This document shows positions 50,940 through 62,344 of a stretch of 64,000 bases of DNA, one piece after another; position 1 is the first letter of the stretch, and each line of letters opens with the position of its first letter. Source of the stretch: an uncultured Bacilli bacterium (GTDB lineage: Bacteria > Bacillota_I > Bacilli_A > RF39 > UBA660); assembly GCA_944368875.1 (NCBI GenBank), contig CALVXF010000022.1, positions 217-64,216 on the forward strand. Reading direction: 5' to 3'. Below the pieces are notes generated by a model. It was not told the origin of the DNA and made no database searches. It worked only from the letters and a program-made list of their open reading frames with translations. The position numbers and the translations under genes are program-made.

Positions 50940-52238
50940 ATGGAACAACAAGGATATGTTGATGAACATGGTGAAGTTATCAAATCCAAGGATTATCGTA
51001 AGAAATTAATTTTTATTGGTATCGGCGTAGGTTTAATTATCATTTTAACGATTATAATTATGATTGCGGTTAATATTTCACGTAATAAAAAATGTAATAG
51101 TATCGAAGATAGTTTTGCTGACGAAGTTTTAAAATATGCTGAAGATAATGATTTATTGCCAGATGCTTTAAGTGAAAGTGTTGAAATAAATGCATCAGAT
51201 TTATTAGATAATGGTTATTTGCAAGAAGGATTTACTTTCGATGAACAAACTTGTGGTGGTAAAGCTAAAATAACTTATGTTGATGGTGAATATGTTGTAA
51301 CTGTTGATGTTACTAATTGTGATAGATGTAGTGCTTCTTCAAGATATAGTGAGTGGAGCGATTGGCAAGAAAAATTGCCAAATAAACAAATTGTCGATGT
51401 TGAAGTGCGATATAATTATGTTGAAAAAACAACAAACTATACTGAATGGACAAATTATTATACACCTAAACAATTAACTAATAATCCAATTACTGATTAT
51501 ACTGATGATCGTTTTGTGACTATAAGTAAAGATGCTAAAAATATCGAAATTGTATCAGAGAATTTAACTTATTATCGTTATCGTGATAAGAGATGGAAAT
51601 TTTATCGCAATAATAATGCAGATTATTCAGATTTTTCTTCTGTTCAACCAAGTGGATATGCCAACAAAGATACAAGTACATCTCGTACAACAGAATGGAG
51701 TGAATGGAGTGTTAATGCACCTGAAGAAGCTTCATATCGTCGTATAGAAACGAAAACCGGATATCGTTGGTATTATGAAGAAGGTAAAGAGAAGATTTAT
51801 TATAATGGAGGTCAATATTTACCTGAAGCACCTGATGATAAATATACTGAAAGAGATAAAGATGATAAGGCAACTATTTATCGTTATCGTGATACTGAAT
51901 GGCGTTGGTATAACGGTGAAAAAAGAGGATATAGTTCATTCATGTCTGAAGCTACATCTACATACAAATACAAAGATGAAGGATTAGTAAGCTATAGCAA
52001 TTATTCTAGTTGGTCTACTACTTCTAAAGTAGATAGTTCAAATGATAATTATCGTGAAGAAGAAACTGAAATTCGAACACGTTATCGTTTGAAATATGAT
52101 TTATATTCTTATAATTTATTAAGCGAATCAGTATTGAAAGAGGGCTTTGCTAGTGCTACTGGAATGAGCTTAGAAGAAGTTTTAAATAATTCATCTTATG
52201 CTGTAGTTTTTGAATATAGATATAGATATAAAAAGTAA
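50940..52238 (+). CDS. membrane-anchored surface protein with aromatic W/Y-rich repeats
   Basis: N-terminal TM. Repeated YRYRD.(R/E)W(K/R)(F/W)Y and (S/T)EWS(D/E)W motifs. Start at MEQQGY after an AGGAG RBS. Confidence 0.5.
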   Translation: MEQQGYVDEHGEVIKSKDYRKKLIFIGIGVGLIIILTIIIMIAVNISRNKKCNSIEDSFADEVLKYAEDNDLLPDALSESVEINASDLLDNGYLQEGFTFDEQTCGGKAKITYVDGEYVVTVDVTNCDRCSASSRYSEWSDWQEKLPNKQIVDVEVRYNYVEKTTNYTEWTNYYTPKQLTNNPITDYTDDRFVTISKDAKNIEIVSENLTYYRYRDKRWKFYRNNNADYSDFSSVQPSGYANKDTSTSRTTEWSEWSVNAPEEASYRRIETKTGYRWYYEEGKEKIYYNGGQYLPEAPDDKYTERDKDDKATIYRYRDTEWRWYNGEKRGYSSFMSEATSTYKYKDEGLVSYSNYSSWSTTSKVDSSNDNYREEETEIRTRYRLKYDLYSYNLLSESVLKEGFASATGMSLEEVLNNSSYAVVFEYRYRYKK

Positions 52239-52289
52239 AGTGATACTTTACTTTTTTTTAATAAAGCTTTATAATTATATATAGAATAG

Positions 52290-52883
52290 GTGATGCTAAT
52301 GCAGGTAATTGCTGATTTTGTAAATTCTTTAGTTGAAACTATTCAGTCAGGAAACATGGTTATTTCTATTTTACTAGGACTAGGGATTGTCATTTTAGAA
52401 TCAATTTTTCCCGTTTTACCTTTAGCTTTATTCATTGCTACTAATGTATTAGTTTTTGGTAATGTGCTAGGATTTGGTCTATCTTGGGTGGGAACTATTA
52501 TTGGATGTGTTCTATCTTTTATGGCTTTTCGTAAAGGATTCAGCAGACTTCTCTATCGCCATATTGATACTAGTAAAATAGGACAAGATGTTATGGAAAG
52601 TATTAGTAATCTTAGTTTCCCCAATTTAGTTTTAATTACCGCACTACCTTTTACACCAGCTTTCTTAGTTAATATAGTGTGTGGTTTATCTAAAATGACA
52701 TTTAAAAAATATTTTATAGCTATGTTGATTGCTAAAGTATCAATAGTTTACTTTTGGGGCTATGTGGGAACAACTTTTGTTGAAAGTCTAACAGATATAG
52801 TTGCTCTTATTAAACTGGGTATAATCTTACTAATTACTTATATCGTTTCTTATTTTGTCTGCAAAAAATATAACATCAACTAG
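52290..52883 (+). CDS. DedA/TVP38/TMEM64 family membrane protein
   Basis: Characteristic re-entrant helix region VLPLALFIATNVLVFG, with about 5 TM. Confidence 0.6.
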   Translation: MMLMQVIADFVNSLVETIQSGNMVISILLGLGIVILESIFPVLPLALFIATNVLVFGNVLGFGLSWVGTIIGCVLSFMAFRKGFSRLLYRHIDTSKIGQDVMESISNLSFPNLVLITALPFTPAFLVNIVCGLSKMTFKKYFIAMLIAKVSIVYFWGYVGTTFVESLTDIVALIKLGIILLITYIVSYFVCKKYNIN

Positions 52884-52892
52884 GAGGTAGAT

Positions 52893-53969
52893 ATGGAATA
52901 TATAATTATTGGACTTCTAGTTTTAATTTTAATACTAGTTGTCATTTCTCTATATAAAAATATTAATGAATCTAATATCACGGAACGACTAGGAAAGTTA
53001 GAAACAACTGTTGTAAAGGAAATAGGACTTTTCAAAAGTGAATTTGCCAAAGAATTAAATGGTGATTTTAATAATTTAAATGAAAAAATTGAGGCCCGTT
53101 TACGTTTGATAAATGATCGTGTAAACGAAAGATTAGATGAAAATTTTGAAAAAACTAATAAAACTTTTACCAATGTTTTAGAAAGATTGAGTAAGATTGA
53201 CGAAGCTCAAAAAAAGATCGATGGTCTATCAACAGAAATTATTAGTCTACAAAATGTTTTGACTGATAAAAAAAGTCGCGGTATTTTTGGCGAAGTTAAT
53301 TTAAGACACATTATGAGTAGTGTTTTTGGTGAAAAAAATGATGAGATATATCGTTTACAATATACTTTTCCTAATGGTGTTATAGCTGATTGTGTTTTAT
53401 TTACGCCTGAACCTTTAGGAACGATTGCTATTGATTCAAAATTCCCTTTAGAAAATTACCGCAATATGGTAGATAAATCAAAAGATGATATGAATCGAGC
53501 CATGGCTTTAAAAGCATTTAAAAGTGATATGAAAAAACACATTGATGCGATTAGCAGCAAGTATATTATTCCTGGGATAACAAGTGATCAAGCAATTTTG
53601 TTTTTGCCAGCAGAAGCAATTTTTGCTGAATTGAATGCATATCATTCTGATATCATCGAATATGCTTATAAAAAACGTGTTTGGATAACTAGTCCCACTA
53701 CTTTAATTAGTACACTTACAACGATTGAAGTTATTATAAAAAATATGGAAAGAGATAAGTATGCAACGATTATTCATCAAGAGTTAAAACTTTTAGATGA
53801 AGAATTCCGTCGTTATAAAGAAAGATGGGATAAGTTATCACGTAGCATTGATACTGTTAGTCGTGATGTTAAAGAATTACATACGACTGGTGAAAAAATT
53901 ACTAAAAGATTTAATTCTATTAATCAAGTAGAAGTTGAAAAAATTAAAGGAGGAGATTTAGATGACTGA
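52893..53969 (+). CDS. rmuC: DNA recombination protein RmuC
   Basis: N-terminal TM followed by a coiled coil. Conserved IDSKFPLENY and FLPAEAIF motifs of the RmuC family. Confidence 0.75.
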   Translation: MEYIIIGLLVLILILVVISLYKNINESNITERLGKLETTVVKEIGLFKSEFAKELNGDFNNLNEKIEARLRLINDRVNERLDENFEKTNKTFTNVLERLSKIDEAQKKIDGLSTEIISLQNVLTDKKSRGIFGEVNLRHIMSSVFGEKNDEIYRLQYTFPNGVIADCVLFTPEPLGTIAIDSKFPLENYRNMVDKSKDDMNRAMALKAFKSDMKKHIDAISSKYIIPGITSDQAILFLPAEAIFAELNAYHSDIIEYAYKKRVWITSPTTLISTLTTIEVIIKNMERDKYATIIHQELKLLDEEFRRYKERWDKLSRSIDTVSRDVKELHTTGEKITKRFNSINQVEVEKIKGGDLDD

Positions 53970-54288
53970 GGAAGAATTAAAAAGATTACAAAAAGAAAGA
54001 GAAGAGTTGCAAATTGGAGATAATTTAGGTAAATTTGTAAATGATCCTAAAATACCAAATCCCCAAGCTGAAATGTTAAAAAATTCGAGTGACCCATATG
54101 TTCAAAGTCTATTTGGAGAACAAGTTAAAGATGAAGGTTTAACGCTTAATGATCCGAAGAAAAAAGTATTAAAACAACCAAATCATCATCATAGCAATAG
54201 TGCATTTACTGATATGTGGTTTCTAGGAATTTTAACTTTAATTTTAGAACCTCTAATGATTTTTTTGGTATATCTATTTATTAAGTAG
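53962..54288 (+). CDS. hypothetical tail-anchored small protein
   Basis: Soluble charged N-region followed by a C-terminal TM. Overlaps the rmuC end. Terminator GTAGG..CCTAC plus T-run at 54286..54308. Confidence 0.4.
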   Translation: MTEEELKRLQKEREELQIGDNLGKFVNDPKIPNPQAEMLKNSSDPYVQSLFGEQVKDEGLTLNDPKKKVLKQPNHHHSNSAFTDMWFLGILTLILEPLMIFLVYLFIK

Positions 54289-54378
54289 GCGAAACCTACT
54301 TTTTTTGTTGTAAATATATGTAAAAATGATATCTTTTTATAGATATTTGTTTTATAATTAAAATAGAGGTGTAGTAGT

Positions 54379-56487
54379 ATGCAAGAAAAAATTTTAGCCA
54401 TTTTAAAAAAAGAACAAAAAGCACTATCTGCTCAAGAAATATATGATTTACTTGAACTAAATAGTGTTGATGATTTAAAAAACCTATTAAAAGAATTGCA
54501 AGTATTAGAAGAAAATTTACAAATATATCGTACTAAAAAAGACAACTATATGTTATTTACAAATAGTCATTTAAAATTAGGTAAAATGATTGCCAATAAA
54601 AAAGGTTTTGGTTTTGTCGATATTGAAGGTGATGAAGATGTTTTTATTGCTCCTTCAAATATTAATGGTGCGATTCATGGTGATCAAGTAGTTGTTGAAA
54701 TCACATCTAAAAAAGGTATGGATTTAGAAGGTCGTATTGTCAGGGTTGTAAATCGCGATTTAAAACAACTAGTTGGGGAATACTATACTAAAGATGGTAT
54801 GGGCTATATTAAATTAGATGATGAAAAAGTTAAACTGTTGGTTTCGATTAAACTTGAAAATAGTTTAGGCGCGATGGATGGCCATAAAGTTTTAGTAAAA
54901 ATCGGCAATAAAATTAAAGATAACAATTATGAAGGAGAAGTTGTACGTATTTTAGGCCATAAAAATGACCCAGGTGTTGATATCTTAAGTATTGTTGCTA
55001 AATATGGAATAAATGATACTTTTAGTGAAAAAGTAATGGATGAAGTAGAAGTCTTACCAAATGAAGTTAGTTTAGAAGAAATAAAAGATCGTAAAGATTT
55101 ACGTGACCATATGATTTTTACAATTGATGGTGATGATACTAAAGATATTGATGATGCGATAGAATTAAATAAATTAGAAAATGGCAATTATCTTTTGGGT
55201 GTGCATATTGCTGATGTAAGTTATTATGTTAAAGAAAATACGGAAATTGATAAAGAAGCGTATGACCGTGGTACAAGTGTTTATCTAGCTGATCGTGTTA
55301 TACCGATGTTGCCACATAAATTATCTAACGGAATATGTTCCTTAAATCCCAATGTTGATCGTCTTTCTGTATCATGTGTTATGGAAATAAATAATAAAGG
55401 AGATATTTTAAAAGCAGAAATTTTTCCTAGTGTTATAAAATCTAGAAAACAGATGACTTATAAAAATGTCAATAGTATTTTAGAACAAAATATTATTCCT
55501 GAAGGATATGAAGAATATGCGGATAAATTAAAAGAAATGCATGCATTAGCGCATATTTTAAGAGAGAACAAAATGCGTCGTGGATATATTGATTTTGATA
55601 TTGATGAATCTAAAATAATTGTTAATGAAGACGGTAAAGCTATTGATGTTGTACTTCGCAATCGTGGTGAAGGTGAAAAATTAATTGAAGATTTCATGAT
55701 TGCGGCCAATGAAGCTGTAGCTACCTACATATATATGATGGATCTACCATTTGTCTATCGTGTTCATGGCAAACCAGATGAAGAGAAAATAACTAATTTT
55801 ATTAAATTTATCGGCATGTTAGGCTATCGTGTTAGTACTAGAATTAATGATATAACTCCTAAAGCAATGCAAAAAATATTAGAGGAATTAAATGATAAAA
55901 AAGAATTTCATATTTTATCTAAGTTATTACTTAGAAGTATGCAAAAAGCTGTCTATGATCCAACAAATATAGGGCATTTTGGGATTGCTAGTAAATGCTA
56001 TACTCATTTTACTTCGCCAATTAGAAGATATCCGGATACTACAGTTCATCGCTTACTTAGAACCTATTTATTTGAAAATAAAATGGGGGTGGATACTATT
56101 CGATATTGGGAACAAAAACTACCTTTTTTAACAGAACATGCTTCCAATAAAGAAAGAGATTCGATTGAATGTGAACGCGAAGTAGATGACATGAAAAAAG
56201 CAGAATATATGATGGACCATATAGGTGATAGATATACTGGAATTATTAGTAGTGTTTTAACATTTGGTTTTTTTGTTGAACTACCAAATTTAGTTGAAGG
56301 TCTTGTTCGCATTGATGATTTACCAGGCAATAGTAGATATATTTATGATGAGACAACTTTCTCAATAAGGAGTAATCAAGATAAACGTGGTTATCGTTTA
56401 GGAGATGAAGTTAATGTTATTGTAAAAGATGCTAATAAAGCAAATAAAACAGTTGATTTTATTATTGATACTAAAGAAGAAAAATAA
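54379..56487 (+). CDS. rnr: ribonuclease R (RNB-family 3'-5' exoribonuclease), copy 1
   Basis: Winged-helix N-terminus, cold-shock domains, RNB catalytic motifs ([29 protein letters not shown]) and C-terminal S1 with a K-rich tail. Confidence 0.85.
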   Translation: MQEKILAILKKEQKALSAQEIYDLLELNSVDDLKNLLKELQVLEENLQIYRTKKDNYMLFTNSHLKLGKMIANKKGFGFVDIEGDEDVFIAPSNINGAIHGDQVVVEITSKKGMDLEGRIVRVVNRDLKQLVGEYYTKDGMGYIKLDDEKVKLLVSIKLENSLGAMDGHKVLVKIGNKIKDNNYEGEVVRILGHKNDPGVDILSIVAKYGINDTFSEKVMDEVEVLPNEVSLEEIKDRKDLRDHMIFTIDGDDTKDIDDAIELNKLENGNYLLGVHIADVSYYVKENTEIDKEAYDRGTSVYLADRVIPMLPHKLSNGICSLNPNVDRLSVSCVMEINNKGDILKAEIFPSVIKSRKQMTYKNVNSILEQNIIPEGYEEYADKLKEMHALAHILRENKMRRGYIDFDIDESKIIVNEDGKAIDVVLRNRGEGEKLIEDFMIAANEAVATYIYMMDLPFVYRVHGKPDEEKITNFIKFIGMLGYRVSTRINDITPKAMQKILEELNDKKEFHILSKLLLRSMQKAVYDPTNIGHFGIASKCYTHFTSPIRRYPDTTVHRLLRTYLFENKMGVDTIRYWEQKLPFLTEHASNKERDSIECEREVDDMKKAEYMMDHIGDRYTGIISSVLTFGFFVELPNLVEGLVRIDDLPGNSRYIYDETTFSIRSNQDKRGYRLGDEVNVIVKDANKANKTVDFIIDTKEEK

Positions 56488-56561
56488 TCTTCTTTTTTTC
56501 TTGTTTTTGCTAGTAATTAATAATGTTTTATTTTATAATATATATGTGAGAGGGAATATAT

Positions 56562-58715
56562 ATGGAAAACATTTGTGGAAAAATCATAAAAATACTTAAT
56601 AAAAAGGGGATTGTAACAACTAAACAACTATATGATAACTTAAGAGTCGCTAGTGTTGATACTATATCTTTTAAAGATTTAAATGATGCTCTAGCAATTT
56701 TAGAAAGAGAGTTTAAAATTGTTTTAACACGTGATGGTTATTATGAATTATTAGAAACAAAAAACAAAAAAGTAGGGCGCCTTTTAATGCATGAGAAAGG
56801 ATATGGCTTTGTTTCTTTAGAAGATGGCAATGATATTTTTATACCAGCTAATAAATTACATAATTGTATTCATAATGACATTGTTTTAGTTAGAACTAAA
56901 GAATGCAATGGTAAATGTGAAGGTATTATTGAAAAACGCCTAGCACGTAATCAAGATATATTAGTTGGGGAAGTTAAAATTATTGATGGTAAAGAATATG
57001 TGATACCTGATAATCAAAAATATAAAATCAAGGTCCAATTTGTAAATCCTGGCAATATTGTACCAGGGCATAAAGTTACTTTTAAATTATCTGGTGAAGT
57101 ACATGAAGATATTCTAACTGGTAAAATAGAAGAAGTAATTGGTCATAAAAATGAACCAGGGGTAGATATTTTAAGTGTTATCAAAGAATACAATGTTCCT
57201 GTTGAATTTTCCGAAGAAGCTTTAAAAGAACTTCAAAATATTCCTATGAGTGTTACAGAAGACGAGATTAATGATCGCCTTGATTTACGCGATAAATTAA
57301 TTTTTACTATAGATGGTGATGATACCAAAGATATCGATGATGCAATATCGTTGGAAATAAAAGATAATGGTAATTATTTGCTAGGTGGACATATTGCTGA
57401 TGTTAGCTATTATGTAAGACCTGGTAGTGAACTTGATAAAGAAGCTAGGGCAAGAGGAACAAGCAATTATTTAGCTGATAGGGTGATACCTATGTTACCA
57501 CCGGAATTATCTAATGGGATATGTTCCCTAAACCCAAATGTTGATCGTTTAGCATTATCATTTTTTATCGAAATTGCTAAAAATGGTGAAATTGTTGATT
57601 TTGATATTGCTGAATCAGTTATACGTTCTAGAAAACAGATGACTTATAAAAATGTTAATAGTATTTTAGAACAAAATATTATTCCCAAGGGATATGAAGA
57701 ATATGTTCCTATTTTAAAACAAATGCAAGAATTAGCGCATATTTTAAGAGAAAAAAGAGAAATTAATGGCAATTTAGATTTTGATATCGATGAAGTAAAA
57801 ATCAAAGTTGATGAAAAAGGTAAAGCAGTTGGAATTGGTCCAAGACAACGAGGTGAAGGTGAAAAATTAATTGAGGATTTTATGATTGCGATAAATGAAG
57901 GAACAGCTGAATATGCTAGCAATCTTGATCTTCCATTTATATATCGTGTTCATGGTTTACCTCGTCAAGAAAAAGTAGAACAAATTATTCATAAACTAGC
58001 TGGTTTAGAATATGATGCGTTAAAAATATTACGCTCTAATTGTATAAAACATCCTAAAGAGATGCAAAAATTATTAGATGATTTAAAAAAACGAAATGAT
58101 TCTAAAGTAGTTCTATCGCATGTTTTACGTTCAGTAAAAAAAGCAGAGTATTCTGATGAAAACACTGGACATTTCGCTTTGGCTTCAAAAGCATATTCCC
58201 ATCTAACTTCACCAATTAGAAGATATCCTGATTTAGAAAATCATCGTATTTTAAAAAGTATTGTCATATATAATCATTATGAATATGAAGTTATTCAAAA
58301 AATAACAAGAGAAGTATCGGAGTTAGCGCCTTATCTTTCAGGCCGTGAAAAAATCGCTCAAGATTTAGAACGTGAAGTTGACAAAATGAAAATGGCAGAA
58401 TATATGAAATCTTTTATAGGTCAAGAGTTTGATGGTTTGATTTCAGATATTTTACCTAAAGGTCTTTATGTTCAATTGCCTAATTTAGTTGAAGGACGTA
58501 TCAATTTAGACGGACATAATGGTAAAATTATTTTCAACAATGAGACTTATACTTTATCTGATTTAAATCGTGGATTAATATATAAATTGGGGATGCCTGT
58601 CAAAGTAAAATTAATTGAAGCCTCAAAAGAAAGACATACAATTGATTTCGAACTAGTTGATGATAAGCCAAAAGTAAAGGAGTTAAAACATGGAAATTCT
58701 AAACAAAAAGGCTAA
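56562..58715 (+). CDS. ribonuclease R / RNase II-family paralogue, copy 2
   Basis: Same domain series and RNB motifs as copy 1. A 24-aa stretch [20 protein letters not shown] is identical to the one in copy 1. Confidence 0.85.
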   Translation: MENICGKIIKILNKKGIVTTKQLYDNLRVASVDTISFKDLNDALAILEREFKIVLTRDGYYELLETKNKKVGRLLMHEKGYGFVSLEDGNDIFIPANKLHNCIHNDIVLVRTKECNGKCEGIIEKRLARNQDILVGEVKIIDGKEYVIPDNQKYKIKVQFVNPGNIVPGHKVTFKLSGEVHEDILTGKIEEVIGHKNEPGVDILSVIKEYNVPVEFSEEALKELQNIPMSVTEDEINDRLDLRDKLIFTIDGDDTKDIDDAISLEIKDNGNYLLGGHIADVSYYVRPGSELDKEARARGTSNYLADRVIPMLPPELSNGICSLNPNVDRLALSFFIEIAKNGEIVDFDIAESVIRSRKQMTYKNVNSILEQNIIPKGYEEYVPILKQMQELAHILREKREINGNLDFDIDEVKIKVDEKGKAVGIGPRQRGEGEKLIEDFMIAINEGTAEYASNLDLPFIYRVHGLPRQEKVEQIIHKLAGLEYDALKILRSNCIKHPKEMQKLLDDLKKRNDSKVVLSHVLRSVKKAEYSDENTGHFALASKAYSHLTSPIRRYPDLENHRILKSIVIYNHYEYEVIQKITREVSELAPYLSGREKIAQDLEREVDKMKMAEYMKSFIGQEFDGLISDILPKGLYVQLPNLVEGRINLDGHNGKIIFNNETYTLSDLNRGLIYKLGMPVKVKLIEASKERHTIDFELVDDKPKVKELKHGNSKQKG

Positions 58716-59127
58716 TTATGACTATAATATAGAAGATACTATCGAAGCAGGTATTGTTTTAGTTGGAACAGAAATTAAAGCTATTAGAGAAGGACGTGCT
58801 AATTTAAAAGATAGTTATGCAATTGTTAAAAATAATGAAGTATACTTACTTAATATGCACATTAGTCAATATAAAGAAGGCAATCAATTTAACCATGATG
58901 AAAAAAGAACACGAAAATTATTACTTCATAAAAAAGAAATTAAAAAGTTACAAAACAAATTAGAAATAGAAGGTTATACTTTAGTACCTTTAAAATTATA
59001 TTTTATTAAAAATAGAGCCAAAATATTATTAGGAGTTGCTAAGGGTAAGAAAAATTATGATAAAAGGGAGACTATAAAAAAACGTGATGAAATGCGTGAA
59101 GCTCGTAAAATGTTAAAAGGGAATTGA
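58690..59127 (+). CDS. smpB: SsrA-binding protein SmpB
   Basis: Conserved NKKA.YDY..E..EAGIVL.GTEIK N-terminus. Conserved rnr-smpB linkage. Confidence 0.9.
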   Translation: MEILNKKANYDYNIEDTIEAGIVLVGTEIKAIREGRANLKDSYAIVKNNEVYLLNMHISQYKEGNQFNHDEKRTRKLLLHKKEIKKLQNKLEIEGYTLVPLKLYFIKNRAKILLGVAKGKKNYDKRETIKKRDEMREARKMLKGN

Positions 59128-61085
59128 TTTATATGGTAGAGAGATTTAAGTATTTTATTAAAATATTTTTATGTTTATTTTTAAGTTATTTTTTTATTGA
59201 AATGGTCTTTAAAATTATAACATTTAAAAATATTTTAGAGTGGTCAGTTTTAAGAATACTAGTTTTTAATTTTAGTAGTAGTTTACTAATAAGTTTTATT
59301 TTGTCCTTTTTCAAAGAAAAAGTTGTTAAAATCATTATTTTGGTATTAGTATTATTCAGTGGAATATATGCCATTACTGAGATGGGATTTAATAATTTTA
59401 TGGGCAATTATATGTCTTTTAATGCAGCTGGTGATGGTATAGGACGTGTAAGCGAATATGTTTTAGAATTTATTCGTTATATTAGATTAGAATATTATCT
59501 ATGCTTAATTCCTTTTATCATCTTGTTGATTATATTCATTAAAAAGAAAAACATTTTAACATATACAAAATATGATTATAAACAAAGAGCTTTTCTAGCT
59601 GTTATTATTGTTTTTGCTTATCTATTAGGTTATGGAACATTAATATTTCCATTTATGCAAAATCCCAATCAAATAAAATCTAATTTAAAACTTTACTATG
59701 AACCAACTTTATTAGAATTGTCTTTAAGACAGTTTGGAACAAATAAGTTTTTGAGTAGAGATTTAGTTTATATGATTTTACCTCATAATAATGAAAGCGA
59801 AATCATTATTGAAGAAGAAGAAAAACAAGAAGAGATCATTGAAGAAGAAAGTAATATTAGAGAAATAGATGATAGTAAATGGCAAGAATTAATGAATAGT
59901 GAAACAGATGAAAGTATTAAACAATTAGATGAGTTCTATATGTCACAAAACATTACTTCTAAAAATGCATATACCGGTATTTTTGAAAATAAAAATCTTA
60001 TTCTTATCATGATTGAAGCTTTTGATACTATTGCTATAAATGAAGAGGTTGCCCCAACTTTATATAAGATGGCAACCGAAGGATTTTATTTTGATAATTA
60101 CTATACACCAAAATATAGTTGTACAACCGGAGAAAGTGAATATATCGGTTTAACTTCTATAATTCCATCTGCGACTGTTTGTACACCTAATACTTATCGT
60201 AATAATACATATACAGATACGATTTTTAATCTATTTAATAATAAAGGTTATTATAGTTCATCATATCACAATTGGAACGATCAATACTATAATCGTACAG
60301 TTCTCCATCAAAATATGGGTTCTGATAAATTTTATGATGTTGAAGATTTAGAAATTAAAATTATCCAAGGATGGCAAAGTGATTATGATTTAATGGTAAA
60401 AGCCATGCCACATTTTATTAATCAAGATAAGTTTTTTACTTTCATAGTAACTTCAAGTATGCATTTTCCATATGATGTTGATAGTACTGTTGTTAGACGT
60501 AACTGGGATAAAGTTAAAAATTTGAATTATAGTACTAAGATAAAAAGATATTTAGCTAAAGTAGCTGAATTGGATAAAGGTTTAGAATATCTCTTAGCTG
60601 AATTACAAAATCAAAATAAATTAGATGATACTGTAATTGTTTTATTTGGAGATCACCATCCTTTAAAAATGGGATTATCTGAATTAAACAATGCTTCAAC
60701 TTTTAATCGTTATGAAGGTTTCAATGAAGATCGCTTACCATTTATTATTTATAATTCTAAAACTAAAGGTGAAGTAATAAGCACAACATCATCAACATTT
60801 GATATTTTGCCAACATTAGCCAACATGTTTAATTTAGACTATGATCCAAGACTTTATGTCGGAAAAGATATCTTCAGTGATGATGAAAAGATCGTTATTT
60901 TTACTAATGGTTCTTGGGCTACTGATAAGGCTTTATATTTCTCTAGTACCAGTAAGTATGAAGCTTTACAAGATGGTGTTACAGAAGAATATATAAATAG
61001 TATTAATACTAAAGTTAGTAATTGGTTTACAGTCTCAGATTTAACTTTACGAAAAGATTATTTTAAATATCGTGGTGAAAGATAA
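59124..61085 (+). CDS. LTA synthase family protein (polytopic membrane domain + extracellular sulfatase-like domain)
   Basis: Five N-terminal TM helices followed by an alkaline-phosphatase-superfamily domain. The track start is TTG overlapping the smpB stop; the alternative ATG at 59133 follows an AAGGGA RBS. Confidence 0.7.
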   Translation: MIYMVERFKYFIKIFLCLFLSYFFIEMVFKIITFKNILEWSVLRILVFNFSSSLLISFILSFFKEKVVKIIILVLVLFSGIYAITEMGFNNFMGNYMSFNAAGDGIGRVSEYVLEFIRYIRLEYYLCLIPFIILLIIFIKKKNILTYTKYDYKQRAFLAVIIVFAYLLGYGTLIFPFMQNPNQIKSNLKLYYEPTLLELSLRQFGTNKFLSRDLVYMILPHNNESEIIIEEEEKQEEIIEEESNIREIDDSKWQELMNSETDESIKQLDEFYMSQNITSKNAYTGIFENKNLILIMIEAFDTIAINEEVAPTLYKMATEGFYFDNYYTPKYSCTTGESEYIGLTSIIPSATVCTPNTYRNNTYTDTIFNLFNNKGYYSSSYHNWNDQYYNRTVLHQNMGSDKFYDVEDLEIKIIQGWQSDYDLMVKAMPHFINQDKFFTFIVTSSMHFPYDVDSTVVRRNWDKVKNLNYSTKIKRYLAKVAELDKGLEYLLAELQNQNKLDDTVIVLFGDHHPLKMGLSELNNASTFNRYEGFNEDRLPFIIYNSKTKGEVISTTSSTFDILPTLANMFNLDYDPRLYVGKDIFSDDEKIVIFTNGSWATDKALYFSSTSKYEALQDGVTEEYINSINTKVSNWFTVSDLTLRKDYFKYRGER

Positions 61086-61089
61086 AAAT

Positions 61090-61112
61090 AAAGAGCATTT
61101 GCTCTTTATTTT
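61090..61112. terminator. bidirectional terminator between the LtaS-family gene and the convergent M23 peptidase gene
   Basis: AAAGAGCA..TGCTCTTT hairpin flanked by A/T runs. Confidence 0.55.
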
Positions 61113-61894
61113 ATTGTCAAAACTTGACCTGGTTTAATTAGATTTGGATTACTACCAATTATTTTTTTATTGTCTTCATAAATAATTTGCCATGTAGTAT
61201 TAAACTTTTTAGCAATCCTACTTAAGGTGTCACCTTTAACAACTGTATAAGTTTTAACATTTGCATTTGTACTAATATTTTCCTTAGCTACCCATCCTAG
61301 TTTATCAATATGATATGGTTTTGTTCCTTTTAAATTGATGATGGTAATAATTCCTTCGTGATTGACTAAAGTCTTACCAGCTTTACCGCCATAACTATTA
61401 CTATACAAAGTGCCATTGACAACTACTTTATCGCCAACTTTAAAACTTACATCAGATGTTTCTTCTTCATATGTTTCAGCAAAAACTTCAGGATCGACAT
61501 ATTCTTTTTTATTTAAATCATATATTGCTAAATGTAGATGAATACCAGTGGCTAAACCTGTTTTACCAGTATAGCCAATAATAGTATTATTATCGACTTG
61601 TTGATTTTTGGATACTTTAATACTGTCTAAATGATAATGGGACATATTCACGTTTAGACGGGGATAATTAATTACTACAAATTTTGCTCCAGCTTGGTCT
61701 GTTCCAAGATTGACAATAGTTCCTTTTTCTAATGCATATTGTGGAAGTTTTTTGCCATCAGTTCCATAATCTGTACCATTATGGAATGTAGGTGTAGTAA
61801 CACCATTTACAACAATACTACTGCGATCACCAAAATTGCTTGTAATATAGTGTTTGGATCCTTTAAAGATTTTCTCCGTTATTTTGCTCATCAT
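61106..61894 (-). CDS. M23 family peptidoglycan endopeptidase with C-terminal LysM domain (endolysin-like)
   Basis: M23 motifs HYHLD and GIHLHLAIYD. LysM YTVVKGDTLSRIAKKF..IKPGQVLTI. The start is ambiguous among the three ATGs downstream of the GGAGGTG RBS; the track gives 61906. Confidence 0.75.
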   Translation of the reverse strand: MMSKITEKIFKGSKHYITSNFGDRSSIVVNGVTTPTFHNGTDYGTDGKKLPQYALEKGTIVNLGTDQAGAKFVVINYPRLNVNMSHYHLDSIKVSKNQQVDNNTIIGYTGKTGLATGIHLHLAIYDLNKKEYVDPEVFAETYEEETSDVSFKVGDKVVVNGTLYSNSYGGKAGKTLVNHEGIITIINLKGTKPYHIDKLGWVAKENISTNANVKTYTVVKGDTLSRIAKKFNTTWQIIYEDNKKIIGSNPNLIKPGQVLTIK

Positions 61895-62285
61895 CATCAC
61901 CTCCATTATCTTTTTTAAATTTTTGAAGTAGTTCTATTAGAACAGTAGGTATTTTTATTCCCATTTCTTTCCAGTTTTGTAAAATATTTAAAACATGATT
62001 AAATACAAACAAATAGATAACAACACCTCTTACCATTCCATTACTATTCATAAATTTATCTAGCATGAAAGAAATAGACACAATGATTAAATATCCCAAT
62101 TTAACAATAATTACTTTAACACCATCCATTAGATTAAATTGTTTCTGATATATTGCTTTGGCAACTTTAGTTATAAGATCTAAAAGCATAACCATTAATA
62201 ACATTTGTAAAGCATTATCTAAACCACCTAAATAGTAGATAACACTAGTAATAAAAGAACATAGTATAAAAACTACAATACTCAT
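61863..62285 (-). CDS. phage-type holin (LL-H/toxin-secretion holin family-like)
   Basis: Three TM helices. The MLLMVMLLDLITKV motif is typical of the holin_4 family. Start at MSIVVF after an AGGAGG RBS. Overlaps the downstream hydrolase gene. Confidence 0.55.
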   Translation of the reverse strand: MSIVVFILCSFITSVIYYLGGLDNALQMLLMVMLLDLITKVAKAIYQKQFNLMDGVKVIIVKLGYLIIVSISFMLDKFMNSNGMVRGVVIYLFVFNHVLNILQNWKEMGIKIPTVLIELLQKFKKDNGGDDDEQNNGENL

Positions 62286-62344
62286 AATGCCTCCTTTCAC
62301 TTTATTATATGGAGGTATAAAAAAAGATTATGTGCCGCCATAAT

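Noticed and set aside
50536-52290. Direct repeat of the tRNA-Leu 3' end marking an attR site
   Set aside because: No copy of the GGTTCAAGTCCCTTGGTCGGTACCA segment or a substantial part of it was visible near the right end of the island. It needs a computational check, so it is reported as absent-by-eye only.
55458-57922. Antisense ORFs within both RNase R genes (55458..55709 -, 57644..57922 -)
   Set aside because: Their mutual similarity simply mirrors the near-identical sense-strand tract of the rnr paralogues. They are not independent genes.
61106-62285. Holin/M23 pair as evidence of an intact prophage at the right end
   Set aside because: The flanking genes are chromosomal (an LtaS-family gene, ABC-2 transporter) and no other phage functions occur within the remaining window. 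It is treated as an orphan cassette.
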